Origin: Pseudomonadota bacterium
GTDB taxonomy: Bacteria; Pseudomonadota; Gammaproteobacteria; Burkholderiales; Casimicrobiaceae
Assembly: GCA_018241765.1 (NCBI GenBank)
Contig: JAFEDD010000023.1
Span: 49,596-113,595, forward strand
DNA: 64,000 nucleotides
Reading direction: 5' to 3'
Both the position numbers and the translations under genes were made by a program. The stretch's first letter is position 1, and every line of letters begins with the position of its first letter. The notes under the pieces were generated by a model, which was not told the DNA's origin, ran no database searches, and saw only the letters and a list, made by a program, of their open reading frames with translations. Positions 1 to 8,612 of the stretch are shown piece by piece.

Positions 1-798
1 AACCATCGCGCGCTCTTTGAGGGGGCCGGCTTCGCCGTTCACGACTACGCCTACTACGACGCCGCAACGCGCGGCCTGGATTTCCCCGCGTTTCTTGCCG
101 CCGTTCGCTCGATGCCCGCCGGCAGCATTGTCGTGCTGCATGCTTGCTGTCACAACCCAACCGGCGTCGACCCGACAGCCGAGCAGTGGGCTCAGATCAT
201 CGCCGCCGTGCGCGAGGCTGGGTTGATTCCCTTCCTCGATCTCGCCTATCAGGGCTTCGGCGACGGCGTGGACGCCGACGCGGCAGTCGTTCGTCAGTTT
301 GCATCGACGCCCGGACCGCTGTTCGTGTCGAGCTCGTTCTCGAAATCGTTTTCGCTCTATGGCGAGCGAGTCGGCGCGCTGTCGATCGTTGCCGCCAATC
401 GCGACGAAGCACAGCGCGTTCTGTCGCAACTGAAGCGTGTGATCCGCACCAACTACTCGAACCCCCCCACCCACGGCGGAGCGATCATCGCCGCAGCGCT
501 GAGTGACGCCGAGGCGCGCAAGCTCTGGGAGCAGGAACTGGCGGCGATGCGTGAGCGTATCCGGTCCATGCGCGTGGCACTGCACGCGGCACTGAAGCAA
601 CGCGCGCCGCAGGCGAACTTCGAAAACATCCTGTCGCAACGCGGCATGTTTTCCTATTCGGGGCTGACCAAGGAGCAAGTGCATCGCCTTCGCAGCGAGT
701 TCGGTGTGTACGCGCTCGACTCCGGCCGCATCTGCGTCGCCGCCCTGAATCCGCGCAACGTCGACTACGTCGCCGACAGCATCGCGCACGTGCTTTGA
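1..798 (+). CDS. tyrB: Aromatic amino acid/aspartate aminotransferase (class I PLP), 5'-truncated by window edge
   Basis: Frame open from base 1 (NHRALFEGAGF...); motifs HACCHNPTG, PFLDLAYQGF, SSFSKSFSLYGERVG (PLP lysine); TyrB versus AspC cannot be resolved by eye. Confidence 0.85.
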   Translation, partial: NHRALFEGAGFAVHDYAYYDAATRGLDFPAFLAAVRSMPAGSIVVLHACCHNPTGVDPTAEQWAQIIAAVREAGLIPFLDLAYQGFGDGVDADAAVVRQFASTPGPLFVSSSFSKSFSLYGERVGALSIVAANRDEAQRVLSQLKRVIRTNYSNPPTHGGAIIAAALSDAEARKLWEQELAAMRERIRSMRVALHAALKQRAPQANFENILSQRGMFSYSGLTKEQVHRLRSEFGVYALDSGRICVAALNPRNVDYVADSIAHVL

Positions 799-819
799 GG
801 AAAGCTTGCACGCCGCCGT

Positions 820-847
820 TTGCGTGCCGATGAAATTACGCTACAAT
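820..847 (+). promoter_or_regulatory. Candidate sigma70 promoter of the tRNA pair
   Basis: TTGCGT-16 bp-TACAAT ending 11 bp upstream of tRNA-Gly. Confidence 0.5.
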
Positions 848-858
848 CACTCTTCGTT

Positions 859-934
859 GCGGGAGTAGCTCAGTTGGTAGAGCGCAACCTTGCCAAGGTT
901 GAGGTCGCGAGTTCGAGACTCGTCTCCCGCTCCA
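859..934 (+). tRNA. tRNA-Gly(GCC)
   Basis: 76 nt cloverleaf: GCGGGAG/CTCCCGC acceptor stem, anticodon loop CTTGCCAA, GTTCGAG T-loop, encoded CCA. Confidence 0.98.
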
Positions 935-944
935 GGTTTTTCGG

Positions 945-972
945 ACGGAACCGCAACGGTTCCGTTTTCGTT
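945..972 (+). other. Perfect hairpin in the inter-tRNA spacer (processing signal or weak terminator)
   Basis: ACGGAACCG-CAA-CGGTTCCGT followed by TTTCGTTT. Confidence 0.55.
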
Positions 973-996
973 TGCGGCATCCCAATGACGCAACAC

Positions 997-1070
997 GGCG
1001 GGTTAGCAAAGTGGTTATGCAGCGGATTGCAAATCCGTAGACATCGGTTCGATTCCGGTACCCGCCTCCA
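997..1070 (+). tRNA. tRNA-Cys(GCA)
   Basis: 74 nt cloverleaf: GGCGGGT/ACCCGCC acceptor stem, anticodon stem-loop GCGGA-TTGCAAA-TCCGT, GGTTCGATTCC T-arm, CCA end. Confidence 0.97.
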
Positions 1071-1114
1071 TCCCCCTGTTTGAAGACTTCCAAGGAAATC
1101 CGGCAATCGCGCTG

Positions 1115-1148
1115 AAAACCCCGTCCAGACGGGGTTTTTTGTTTTCAG
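1115..1148 (+). terminator. Intrinsic terminator after the tRNA pair
   Basis: AAAACCCCGTC-CA-GACGGGGTTTT plus further T run. Confidence 0.8.
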
Positions 1149-1273
1149 ACGTCCAACGCGATCCGGGGGCAGCCATACACAAAGCGGGTACTTTTGCGGG
1201 TACCCGCCTACATCCGATCTCGTGGTTCTGAGAGCATCACGCCTCATTCAACCTTGAAGCGGAGCACGTCGTC

Positions 1274-2062
1274 ATGGATCTTGGAATCAAAGGGCGCTGG
1301 GCGCTCGTCTGCGCGGCCAGCAAGGGACTTGGCAAGGGTTGCGCTGCGGCCCTTGCGTCCGAGGGCGCCAACATCGTGATCACCGCTCGCGGGGCGGAAG
1401 CCTTGGAGGAGACCGCGAGCGCGCTGCGCCGTGCCAACCCCGACATTGAAGTACGCAGCGTGCAAGGCGACATCACCACGGTGGATGGGAGAAGTCGCGC
1501 ACTCGCGGCGGCACCGCAAATCGACATTCTCGTCACCAACGCGGGCGGGCCGCCACCGGGCGACTTTCGCCAGTGGAACCGCGACGACTGGCTGAAAGCG
1601 ATCGACGCCAACATGTTGACGCCGATCGAATTGATCAAGGCGGTCATCGACGGCATGTGCGAACGTGGATTCGGTCGAATCGTCAATATCACGTCGGGTG
1701 CCGTCAAAGCCCCGATCGACGCACTGGGGCTGTCCAACGGTTCGCGCTCCGGCTTGACCGGCTTCGTCGCCGGATTGGCACGCCAGCCTCGCGTCGCGGG
1801 CCGCAACGTGACGGTGAACAACCTGCTTCCGGGCCCGTTCGCAACCGATCGCATGAACAGCATCGTTGCAGCGCAAGCCGCGCGTGATGGCAGGCCTGCT
1901 GCCGATGTGCTCGCCGCGCGCGTGGCAAGGAACCCGAGCGGCCGACTGGGCGACGCTGCGGAATTCGGTGCCGCCTGCGCGTTTCTGTGCAGCAGCCATG
2001 CCGGATTCATCACCGGGCAGAATCTCCTCATCGACGGCGGCGAGTACCCGGGCACCTTCTGA
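1274..2062 (+). CDS. Short-chain dehydrogenase/reductase (3-oxoacyl-ACP reductase-like)
   Basis: CAASKGLG nucleotide-binding loop, DILVTNAGGP, SNGSR in place of YxxxK, ITGQNLLIDGG. Confidence 0.88.
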   Translation: MDLGIKGRWALVCAASKGLGKGCAAALASEGANIVITARGAEALEETASALRRANPDIEVRSVQGDITTVDGRSRALAAAPQIDILVTNAGGPPPGDFRQWNRDDWLKAIDANMLTPIELIKAVIDGMCERGFGRIVNITSGAVKAPIDALGLSNGSRSGLTGFVAGLARQPRVAGRNVTVNNLLPGPFATDRMNSIVAAQAARDGRPAADVLAARVARNPSGRLGDAAEFGAACAFLCSSHAGFITGQNLLIDGGEYPGTF

Positions 2063-2260
2063 TTCGCCGTAGCGTTCCGACGCCAGCGTCGGGTGCCGTG
2101 CACCACCGCCCCTCTGGCGCAAAGCCGCACCGCCGCCCCTCTCGTCCTCCGAACGCGGCGCTCGCGTAGCATTGCCTTGGCGCCATAGGGTGCAGCATCG
2201 CGCTGCCAACGCTGCCCGCTTCATGGCCGGCCACCAACCGATTCGGGACAGAAAAAAACG

Positions 2261-3754
2261 ATGCGCAACATCTTCTCCGGCATCAGCACCATCCTCGCCG
2301 TCTGCACGCTGCTCGCCGCAGCGCCAACCAGCGCGGCGCCGGGGGATTTGGATATCACCTTCGGCGCCGGTTCTGGCAAGGTGATAACCACGATTGGCAC
2401 GAGCCAGGACCGAGGACGTGCGATCGCCCTGCAACCCGACGGCAAGATCGTCGTCGCCGGGTATTGCGTGAACGGGATCAACTACGAGTTCTGCCTCGCT
2501 CGCTATCAGTTCAACGGCGCACTCGACACCGATTTTGGTTCAGGCGGCACGGTCATCAGCCCCTTCGATTCATCCGACGGCCTAGCTTGGGCCATCGCAC
2601 TTCAACCCGACGGCAAGATCGTCGTCGCCGGGGCTTGCTACAACAGCACCAACGGCGATTTCTGCCTCGCCCGCTATCAGGCCAGCGGCGCGCTCGACAC
2701 CGGTTTTGGTTCAGGCGGCAAGGTCATCAGCCCCATCGGTTCAGGCCACGATGCAGCCTACGCCGTCGCGCTGCAACCTGATGGCAAGATCGTCCTCGCC
2801 GGAGGTTGCCGGAACGGCAGTGGCTACGTCTTCTGCCTCGCTCGCTATCAGGTCAACGGCGCGCTCGACACCAGTTTTGGTTCAGACGGCAAGGTCATCA
2901 ACCCCAACGGCTCTGACGACGACCGAGCCTGGGCCATCGCCCTGCAACCCGACGGCAAGATCGTCGTCGCCGGGTCTTGCAAGAACGGCAGCAACTTTGA
3001 CTTCTGCCTCGCCCGCTATCAGGCCAACGGCGCGCTCGACTCCGGTTTTGGTTCAGGCGGCACGGTCATCAGCCCCATCGGTTCATACAACGACTTTGGC
3101 CAAGCCATCGCGCTGCAACCGGACGGCAAAATCGTCGCCGCCGGGTCTTGCGAAAACGGCAGCAAGAACGACTTCTGCCTCGCCCGCTATCAGGCCAACG
3201 GCGCGCTCGACTCCGGCTTTGGTTCAGGCGGCAAGATCATCAGCCCCATCAGTTCATCCACCGACTTTGGCGCTGCCATCGCGCTGCAACCCGACGGCAA
3301 GATCGTCGTCGCCGGGTCTTGCGCGGGTGTCAGCAGCTACGACTTCTGCCTTGCTCGCTATCAGGCCAACGGCGCACTCGACACCAGTTTTGGTTCAGGC
3401 GGCAAGGTCATCAGCCCCATCGGTTCATCCACCGACTATGACGGCGCCATCGCGCTGCAACCCGACGGCAAGATCGTCGTCGCCGGGTCTTGCGACAACG
3501 GCAGCGACTACGACTTCTGCCTCGCCCGCTTCGAGGGCGGGCCGTTCGGCTATCGCAACTGCACGATGGACATCGACGGTGATGGTGTCGTGCTCGCGAC
3601 GACCGACGCGCTGCTTCTTGCCCGCACGTCACTCGGCATGACCGGCAGCGCTGTCATCAACGGCATCAGCTTCGCCAGCCACGCCACCCGCAAGACCTGG
3701 CCTGACATCCGCAACTATCTGATCACCCAGTGCGGCATGACGCTCGCGCCGTAG
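2261..3754 (+). CDS. Secreted delta-60 repeat (beta-propeller-like) protein with C-terminal DxDGDG module
   Basis: Signal peptide; seven ALQPDGKIVVAG...ARY...GALDxxFG repeats; C-terminal CTMDIDGDG...TTDALLLAR..LGMTG. Confidence 0.85.
   Translation: MRNIFSGISTILAVCTLLAAAPTSAAPGDLDITFGAGSGKVITTIGTSQDRGRAIALQPDGKIVVAGYCVNGINYEFCLARYQFNGALDTDFGSGGTVISPFDSSDGLAWAIALQPDGKIVVAGACYNSTNGDFCLARYQASGALDTGFGSGGKVISPIGSGHDAAYAVALQPDGKIVLAGGCRNGSGYVFCLARYQVNGALDTSFGSDGKVINPNGSDDDRAWAIALQPDGKIVVAGSCKNGSNFDFCLARYQANGALDSGFGSGGTVISPIGSYNDFGQAIALQPDGKIVAAGSCENGSKNDFCLARYQANGALDSGFGSGGKIISPISSSTDFGAAIALQPDGKIVVAGSCAGVSSYDFCLARYQANGALDTSFGSGGKVISPIGSSTDYDGAIALQPDGKIVVAGSCDNGSDYDFCLARFEGGPFGYRNCTMDIDGDGVVLATTDALLLARTSLGMTGSAVINGISFASHATRKTWPDIRNYLITQCGMTLAP
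2341..3531 (+). repeat. Intragenic tandem repeat, period exactly 171 bp (57 aa), seven units
   Basis: Leu codon of ALQPDGK starts at 2429, 2600, 2771, 2942, 3113, 3284, 3455. Confidence 0.95.
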
Positions 3755-3931
3755 TCGCGGAATCGTCGTGGCACGTGCCGTGGCGCGCGCGGCCGATGCC
3801 GACCATCGCCGTCTGCCACACTGCGCGCCGTGCCGGCCTACGATGGCGCGGCCATCACAACATCGTGACGACTCGAGCCGTGCGCTTACCTTCACGCAAG
3901 AGAGGGTAGCGTCTCGGCGCGGCCGGTCAGT

Positions 3932-3965
3932 GCGTAGCCTCGCTGCAACGAAGTGGAATCGAGGG
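3932..3965 (+). repeat. GTAG-type REP element, copy 1
   Basis: GCGTAGCCTCGCTGCAACGAAGTGGAATCGAGGG; internal CCTCG...CGAGG palindrome after a GTAG tetranucleotide. Confidence 0.8.
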
Positions 3966-4009
3966 CGATGGATCTCGGTTCGAATCGACACGCCAGGCGC
4001 AGCAGTAGT

Positions 4010-4043
4010 GCGTAGCCTCGATGGAACGAAGTGGAATCGAGGG
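4010..4043 (+). repeat. GTAG-type REP element, copy 2
   Basis: GCGTAGCCTCGATGGAACGAAGTGGAATCGAGGG. Confidence 0.85.
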
Positions 4044-4296
4044 TGATGGCATGACGCAAGCGGTGCTTGCAAGGGCTACCCGTGCCGACGCGAACGAGCC
4101 CGAGCGAAGCCGCCGTGGTCGCGCTGCGCGAAAACGCCCGCACCCGGAGGCTCGTGCTGAGCGTGATTGGGCGAAGAATTTCCTTGATTGGCGCGGTTTG
4201 CATGGCAACTTTCACGTACCGACGCCATCGTCGCGTCATCGACTTGTTCTCGGTACGATGTGACACTCAATTAACTCATTGATTTACAAGTAAAAC

Positions 4297-4400
4297 ATGT
4301 TTTTGAGTACTTCGTATGAGAGTTTTTTAGATTTTCAAGTCGACTTTTGCCGTATTTCGAGCTGGAAGCCCGTTGTAGATGCGCCTTCCAGCATCAAGCT
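4297..4400. repeat. ~115 bp dispersed palindrome, copy A (left arm degenerate and shortened)
   Basis: Dyad AAGTC|GACTTT at 4341/4342; right arm AAGCCCGTTGTAGATGC at 4366; outer AAGCT at 4396. Confidence 0.7.
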
Positions 4401-4432
4401 GTATCGCGTGCCAATTCCGTGTGGAAGCGCAG

Positions 4433-4467
4433 CACGTACCCTCGATAGAACGAAGTGGAATCGAGGG
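4433..4467 (+). repeat. GTAG-type REP element, copy 3 (variant)
   Basis: CACGTACCCTCGATAGAACGAAGTGGAATCGAGGG. Confidence 0.75.
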
Positions 4468-4633
4468 CGATGGCATGAAGCAAGCGCCGCGCGCAGGCGC
4501 GGGCTTGACCGCGCTTGGCGGTCTTCGACGCCGGGTTGCGATGATCCACCGAGCGCGAGCGACTAGAATTCGCGCTTTCGCTGGCTGCCGCGTGTAGCCT
4601 CCTCCTCCCCCTTACCGCACCCATCCGGCCGCC

Positions 4634-5644
4634 TTGCTCCGATTCGTCCTGACCCGCCTCGGCCTGCTCGTGCCCACGTTCATCGGCATGACGTTGGTGG
4701 CGTTCTTCCTGATTCGTCTGGTGCCGGGTGACCCCATCGAGACCCTGGCGGGGGAGCGCGGCATCGATGCCGCACGCCACGCCGCACTACTGAAGGAGCA
4801 CGGGCTCGACCGGCCGCTCGCGGTGCAGTACACGCTCTACATCGGGCGCGTGCTGCATGGGGATCTCGGGAAGTCCATGATCACGCAGGCGCCCGTGCTG
4901 AGCGAATTCAAGTCTTTGTTCCCGGCCACCATCGAGCTCGCGCTGTGCGCGATCCTGTTCGCGCTGCTGCTGGGTATCCCGGCCGGGATCATCGCGGCGG
5001 TGAAGCGAAATTCGATCTTCGACCATGGCGTGATGGGCGTATCCCTCACCGGCTATTCGATGCCCATCTTCTGGTGGGGACTGTTGCTGATCCTGCTCTT
5101 TTCCGTGAAGCTCGATCTGACACCGGTGTCCGGCCGACTCGACGTGAAGTACTTCGTCGAGCCCGTCAGCGGCTTCTTGCTCATCGATTCGATCATGGCG
5201 GGCGACAAGGACGCATTCCGCTCTGCGCTGAGCCATCTGATCCTCCCCGCCATCGTCCTCGGGACGGTGCCGCTTGCCGTCATCGCCCGCATGACGCGCT
5301 CGGCGATGCTCGAAGTCCTTGGTGAGGACTACATCCGCACGGCACGCGCGAAGGGCTTGTCGCAATTTCGCATCGTTTCACTGCACGCGTTGCGCAACGC
5401 GCTGATCCCGGTCGTCACCGTCATCGGCTTGCAGGTGGGCGTGCTGTTCACCGGTGCGATCCTGACCGAGACGATCTTCTCCTGGCCTGGCGTCGGAAAA
5501 TGGCTGATCGAGGCGATTTCGCGCCGCGACTACCCGGTGTTGCAGGGAGGCGTGCTCCTGATCGGCACCATGGTGATGGTCGTCAACCTGCTGGTTGATC
5601 TCACCTACGGCATCATCAACCCGCGCATCCGGCACCAACGATGA
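4634..5644 (+). CDS. dppB: Dipeptide ABC transporter permease
   Basis: TTG start; LVPGDP, GDLGKS, EAA loop EDYIRTARAKGL, DLTYGIINPRI. Confidence 0.92.
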   Translation: MLRFVLTRLGLLVPTFIGMTLVAFFLIRLVPGDPIETLAGERGIDAARHAALLKEHGLDRPLAVQYTLYIGRVLHGDLGKSMITQAPVLSEFKSLFPATIELALCAILFALLLGIPAGIIAAVKRNSIFDHGVMGVSLTGYSMPIFWWGLLLILLFSVKLDLTPVSGRLDVKYFVEPVSGFLLIDSIMAGDKDAFRSALSHLILPAIVLGTVPLAVIARMTRSAMLEVLGEDYIRTARAKGLSQFRIVSLHALRNALIPVVTVIGLQVGVLFTGAILTETIFSWPGVGKWLIEAISRRDYPVLQGGVLLIGTMVMVVNLLVDLTYGIINPRIRHQR

Positions 5645-6546
5645 GCGCGGCAACCGGCACAGCCATGCAGGGTGATTCGGGCGCGCCCGTCGGGCGCTTT
5701 CGAGAATTCTGGGGCTACTTCAGCGCCAATGCCGGCGCGGTTCTGGGTTTGGTCATCGTCATCACGGTCTTGCTGATGGCTCTGTTGGCGCCAGTCATCG
5801 CACCGTATCCGCCTGATCTCACCAACAACGCGGTCTTTCTCAAACCGCCGTTCTGGCAGGATGGCGGGTCGCTCGCCTATCCGCTCGGGACCGATGCGAT
5901 CGGTCGCGACATCCTGTCGCGACTCATTCACGGCGCCCGCCTGTCGCTCGTCATCGGCATCGCCGTCGTCGCCATCTCCGTGCTGATCGGCACCGTTCTC
6001 GGGCTGACCGCCGGCTACTTCCGCGGCTTCTACGAAACCGCCGTCATGCGCCTGATGGACATCGTACTCACGTTGCCGAGCCTGCTGCTCGCCATCGTGA
6101 TCGTCGCGATTCTCGGCCCCGGCTTGATGAACGCCATGCTGGCGGTTGCGGTGGTCGTGCTGCCGCACTATGTACGCATTGCACGCGCGGCGGTCATCTC
6201 GGAGTCGTCGCGCGACTACGTCACGGCGGCTCGCATGAACGGGGCCGGGCATCTGCGCCTGATGTTCAGTGAAATTCTGCCGAACTGTGCCGCGCCGCTG
6301 ATCGTGCAGGCTTCGCTTGGCATATCGACCGCGATTCTCGATGCTGCGGCGCTCGGCTTTCTCGGGCTTGGCGCACAACCGCCAGCACCCGAATGGGGCA
6401 CGATGCTCGCCGATGCGCGTGAGTTCGTACTGCGTGCCTGGTGGGTCGTCACCTTTCCCGGACTCATGATCCTGATCACGGTGCTTGCCTTCAATCTGCT
6501 GGGTGACGGCTTGCGCGACGCGCTGGACCCGAAACTCAAACGCTGA
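5641..6546 (+). CDS. dppC: Dipeptide ABC transporter permease
   Basis: LGTDAIGRDILSRL, RDYVTAARMNG, FNLLGDGLRDALDPK; ATGA overlap with dppB. Confidence 0.92.
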   Translation: MSAATGTAMQGDSGAPVGRFREFWGYFSANAGAVLGLVIVITVLLMALLAPVIAPYPPDLTNNAVFLKPPFWQDGGSLAYPLGTDAIGRDILSRLIHGARLSLVIGIAVVAISVLIGTVLGLTAGYFRGFYETAVMRLMDIVLTLPSLLLAIVIVAILGPGLMNAMLAVAVVVLPHYVRIARAAVISESSRDYVTAARMNGAGHLRLMFSEILPNCAAPLIVQASLGISTAILDAAALGFLGLGAQPPAPEWGTMLADAREFVLRAWWVVTFPGLMILITVLAFNLLGDGLRDALDPKLKR

Positions 6547-6555
6547 CGGAGGACG

Positions 6556-7560
6556 ATGATGGCGCTGCTCGAAATCGAGAACCTATGCGTCGACTTCCCG
6601 ACGCGTGGTGGCGTGCTGCACGCGGTCGACTCGGTCAGCCTCTCGCTGGATACCGGCGACGTGCTCGGCATCGTCGGCGAATCGGGGTCCGGCAAGAGCG
6701 TCACCATGATGGCACTCATGGGGCTGGTCGCATTTCCCGGGCAGGTGCGCGCCGATCGCCTGCGTTTCGACGGACACGACCTCTTGGCGGCCACGCCTCG
6801 CGAGCGCGCGCGCTGGGTCGGCCGCGATCTGGCGATGATCTTTCAGGAACCCACGACGAGCCTCAACCCGTGCTTCACGATCGGGTTCCAACTTGCCGAG
6901 ACCCTTCGCGTGCATCTGGGACTCGATGGCCGCGATGCGCGCCGTCGTTCGATCGAATTGCTCGAGCAGGTTGGCATCCCCGCACCCGAGAGCCGCCTGA
7001 AGGCCTTTCCGCATCAACTGTCCGGCGGCATGAATCAGCGCGTGATGATTGCAATGGCCATCGCCTGCAACCCCAAACTGCTCATCGCCGACGAACCGAC
7101 GACCGCACTCGACGTCACCATTCAAGCCCAGATTCTCGATCTCCTGCGGCAGTTGCAACGGGAGCGCGGCATGGCGTTGGTGCTGATTACTCACAACATG
7201 GGCGTCGTGTCGGAAATGGCGCGCCGCATTGCCGTGATGTACGCTGGCCAAGTCGTTGAAGAGCGCGCGGCGGCGGAACTCTTCGCCACGCCGCTGCATC
7301 CCTACAGCGAAGCGCTGTTGGCGGCACTACCCGAACGCAGCGATGGCGAACGACTCGCCACGATTGGCGGCATGGTGCCAGGCCTGCACGATCGCCCTGC
7401 CGGCTGCCTGTTCCACCCACGTTGCGACTACGCGGACGCTCGTTGCCGCAGCGAACGGCCGGCGCTGCGTCCGTTGGTTGACGCGCATGTGCGCTGCCAC
7501 TATCCCATCACCGGCAATCCGAAGCGCGACGCCGCCAAGCACGAGGGAGTCAGCGCTTGA
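6556..7560 (+). CDS. dppD: Dipeptide ABC transporter ATP-binding protein
   Basis: Walker [18 protein letters not shown], Walker [14 protein letters not shown]-terminal Cys-rich oligopeptide-transporter tail. Confidence 0.92.
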   Translation: MMALLEIENLCVDFPTRGGVLHAVDSVSLSLDTGDVLGIVGESGSGKSVTMMALMGLVAFPGQVRADRLRFDGHDLLAATPRERARWVGRDLAMIFQEPTTSLNPCFTIGFQLAETLRVHLGLDGRDARRRSIELLEQVGIPAPESRLKAFPHQLSGGMNQRVMIAMAIACNPKLLIADEPTTALDVTIQAQILDLLRQLQRERGMALVLITHNMGVVSEMARRIAVMYAGQVVEERAAAELFATPLHPYSEALLAALPERSDGERLATIGGMVPGLHDRPAGCLFHPRCDYADARCRSERPALRPLVDAHVRCHYPITGNPKRDAAKHEGVSA

Positions 7561-8594
7561 GCGACACACGCCCCATCGAAGCCGCCGCGCCACCGGTGGT
7601 CGTGGCGCGTGACCTGCGTCAGACCTACAAGGTTCGGCGCGGGTTGCTTCGCCCACCCGCCGAATTGCAAGCGGTGCGCGGCGTAACCTTCGAGCTTTGC
7701 CGAGGCAAAACCCTCGCCATCGTTGGCGAATCGGGGTGCGGCAAATCGACGCTGGCCCGCATGGTGTCGCTCATCGAGCCCCCGAGCGCCGGGCAGTTGA
7801 CGTTGCTCGGGCTCGACAGCACCAGCGGCGACGCAGCGAGCCGCGCCACGCTTCGACGCGCGGTGCAACTGGTGTTCCAAAATCCCTACGGTTCGCTCAA
7901 TCCGCGCAAAAAAATCGGGGCAATCCTCGAGGCGCCGCTCGCCATCAACACCAATCTGACCGCGACCGAGCGTGCCGCAAGCGCACGCGAAATGCTGGCG
8001 CTGGTAGGGCTGCGTCCCGAGCACTACGATCGCTATCCGCACATGTTTTCGGGTGGCCAACGACAGCGCATCGCCATCGCCCGAGCGTTGATGCTGAAGC
8101 CCGCTCTGGTCGTCGCCGACGAACCGGTGTCGGCGCTCGACGTCTCGATCCAGGCTCAGGTCCTCAATTTGCTCGCTGATTTGCAACGTGAGCTCGGCCT
8201 GGCCTATCTCTTCATATCGCATGACCTTGGCGTCGTTCGCCACATTGCGCACGATGTGCTCGTCATGTATCTCGGCAGCGCCGTGGAACAAGGCAAGAAG
8301 CGCGTCATTTTCGCGCAACCACTGCACCCCTACACCCGTGCATTGCTCGGCTCAACCCCAGCGATTGCGGGTGCCGCAGGCACTCTTCCTCGCGTCATTC
8401 TCAAAGGTGAGTTACCCTCGCCGCTGAATCCGCCGACCGGCTGCGTATTCTCGACCCGATGCCCGCACGCGATCGAACGCTGTCGGGTCGAGCCTCCGGC
8501 GCTGCGCACGATCGCCGACCGCGACGTCGCATGCCATCTGGCAGAACAATTCATCGAGCCGGCAAGTGGCTCACCGCAACACTTGCAACCCTAA
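7557..8594 (+). CDS. dppF: Dipeptide ABC transporter ATP-binding protein
   Basis: [41 protein letters not shown]. Confidence 0.92.
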   Translation: MSDTRPIEAAAPPVVVARDLRQTYKVRRGLLRPPAELQAVRGVTFELCRGKTLAIVGESGCGKSTLARMVSLIEPPSAGQLTLLGLDSTSGDAASRATLRRAVQLVFQNPYGSLNPRKKIGAILEAPLAINTNLTATERAASAREMLALVGLRPEHYDRYPHMFSGGQRQRIAIARALMLKPALVVADEPVSALDVSIQAQVLNLLADLQRELGLAYLFISHDLGVVRHIAHDVLVMYLGSAVEQGKKRVIFAQPLHPYTRALLGSTPAIAGAAGTLPRVILKGELPSPLNPPTGCVFSTRCPHAIERCRVEPPALRTIADRDVACHLAEQFIEPASGSPQHLQP

Positions 8595-8612
8595 CCACGA
8601 GGAGTCCAAAAG

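Noticed and set aside
2341-3531. Conserved/variable alternation resembling a CRISPR array or a DGR target
   Set aside because: It is an in-frame 171 bp protein repeat. There are no cas genes, no reverse transcriptase and no template repeat, and variation is not restricted to adenines.
3932-4043. Two 34 bp repeats 78 bp apart as a mini-CRISPR
   Set aside because: The same unit occurs dispersed and in both orientations with a GTAG end, which fits REP. There are only two adjacent copies and no cas genes.
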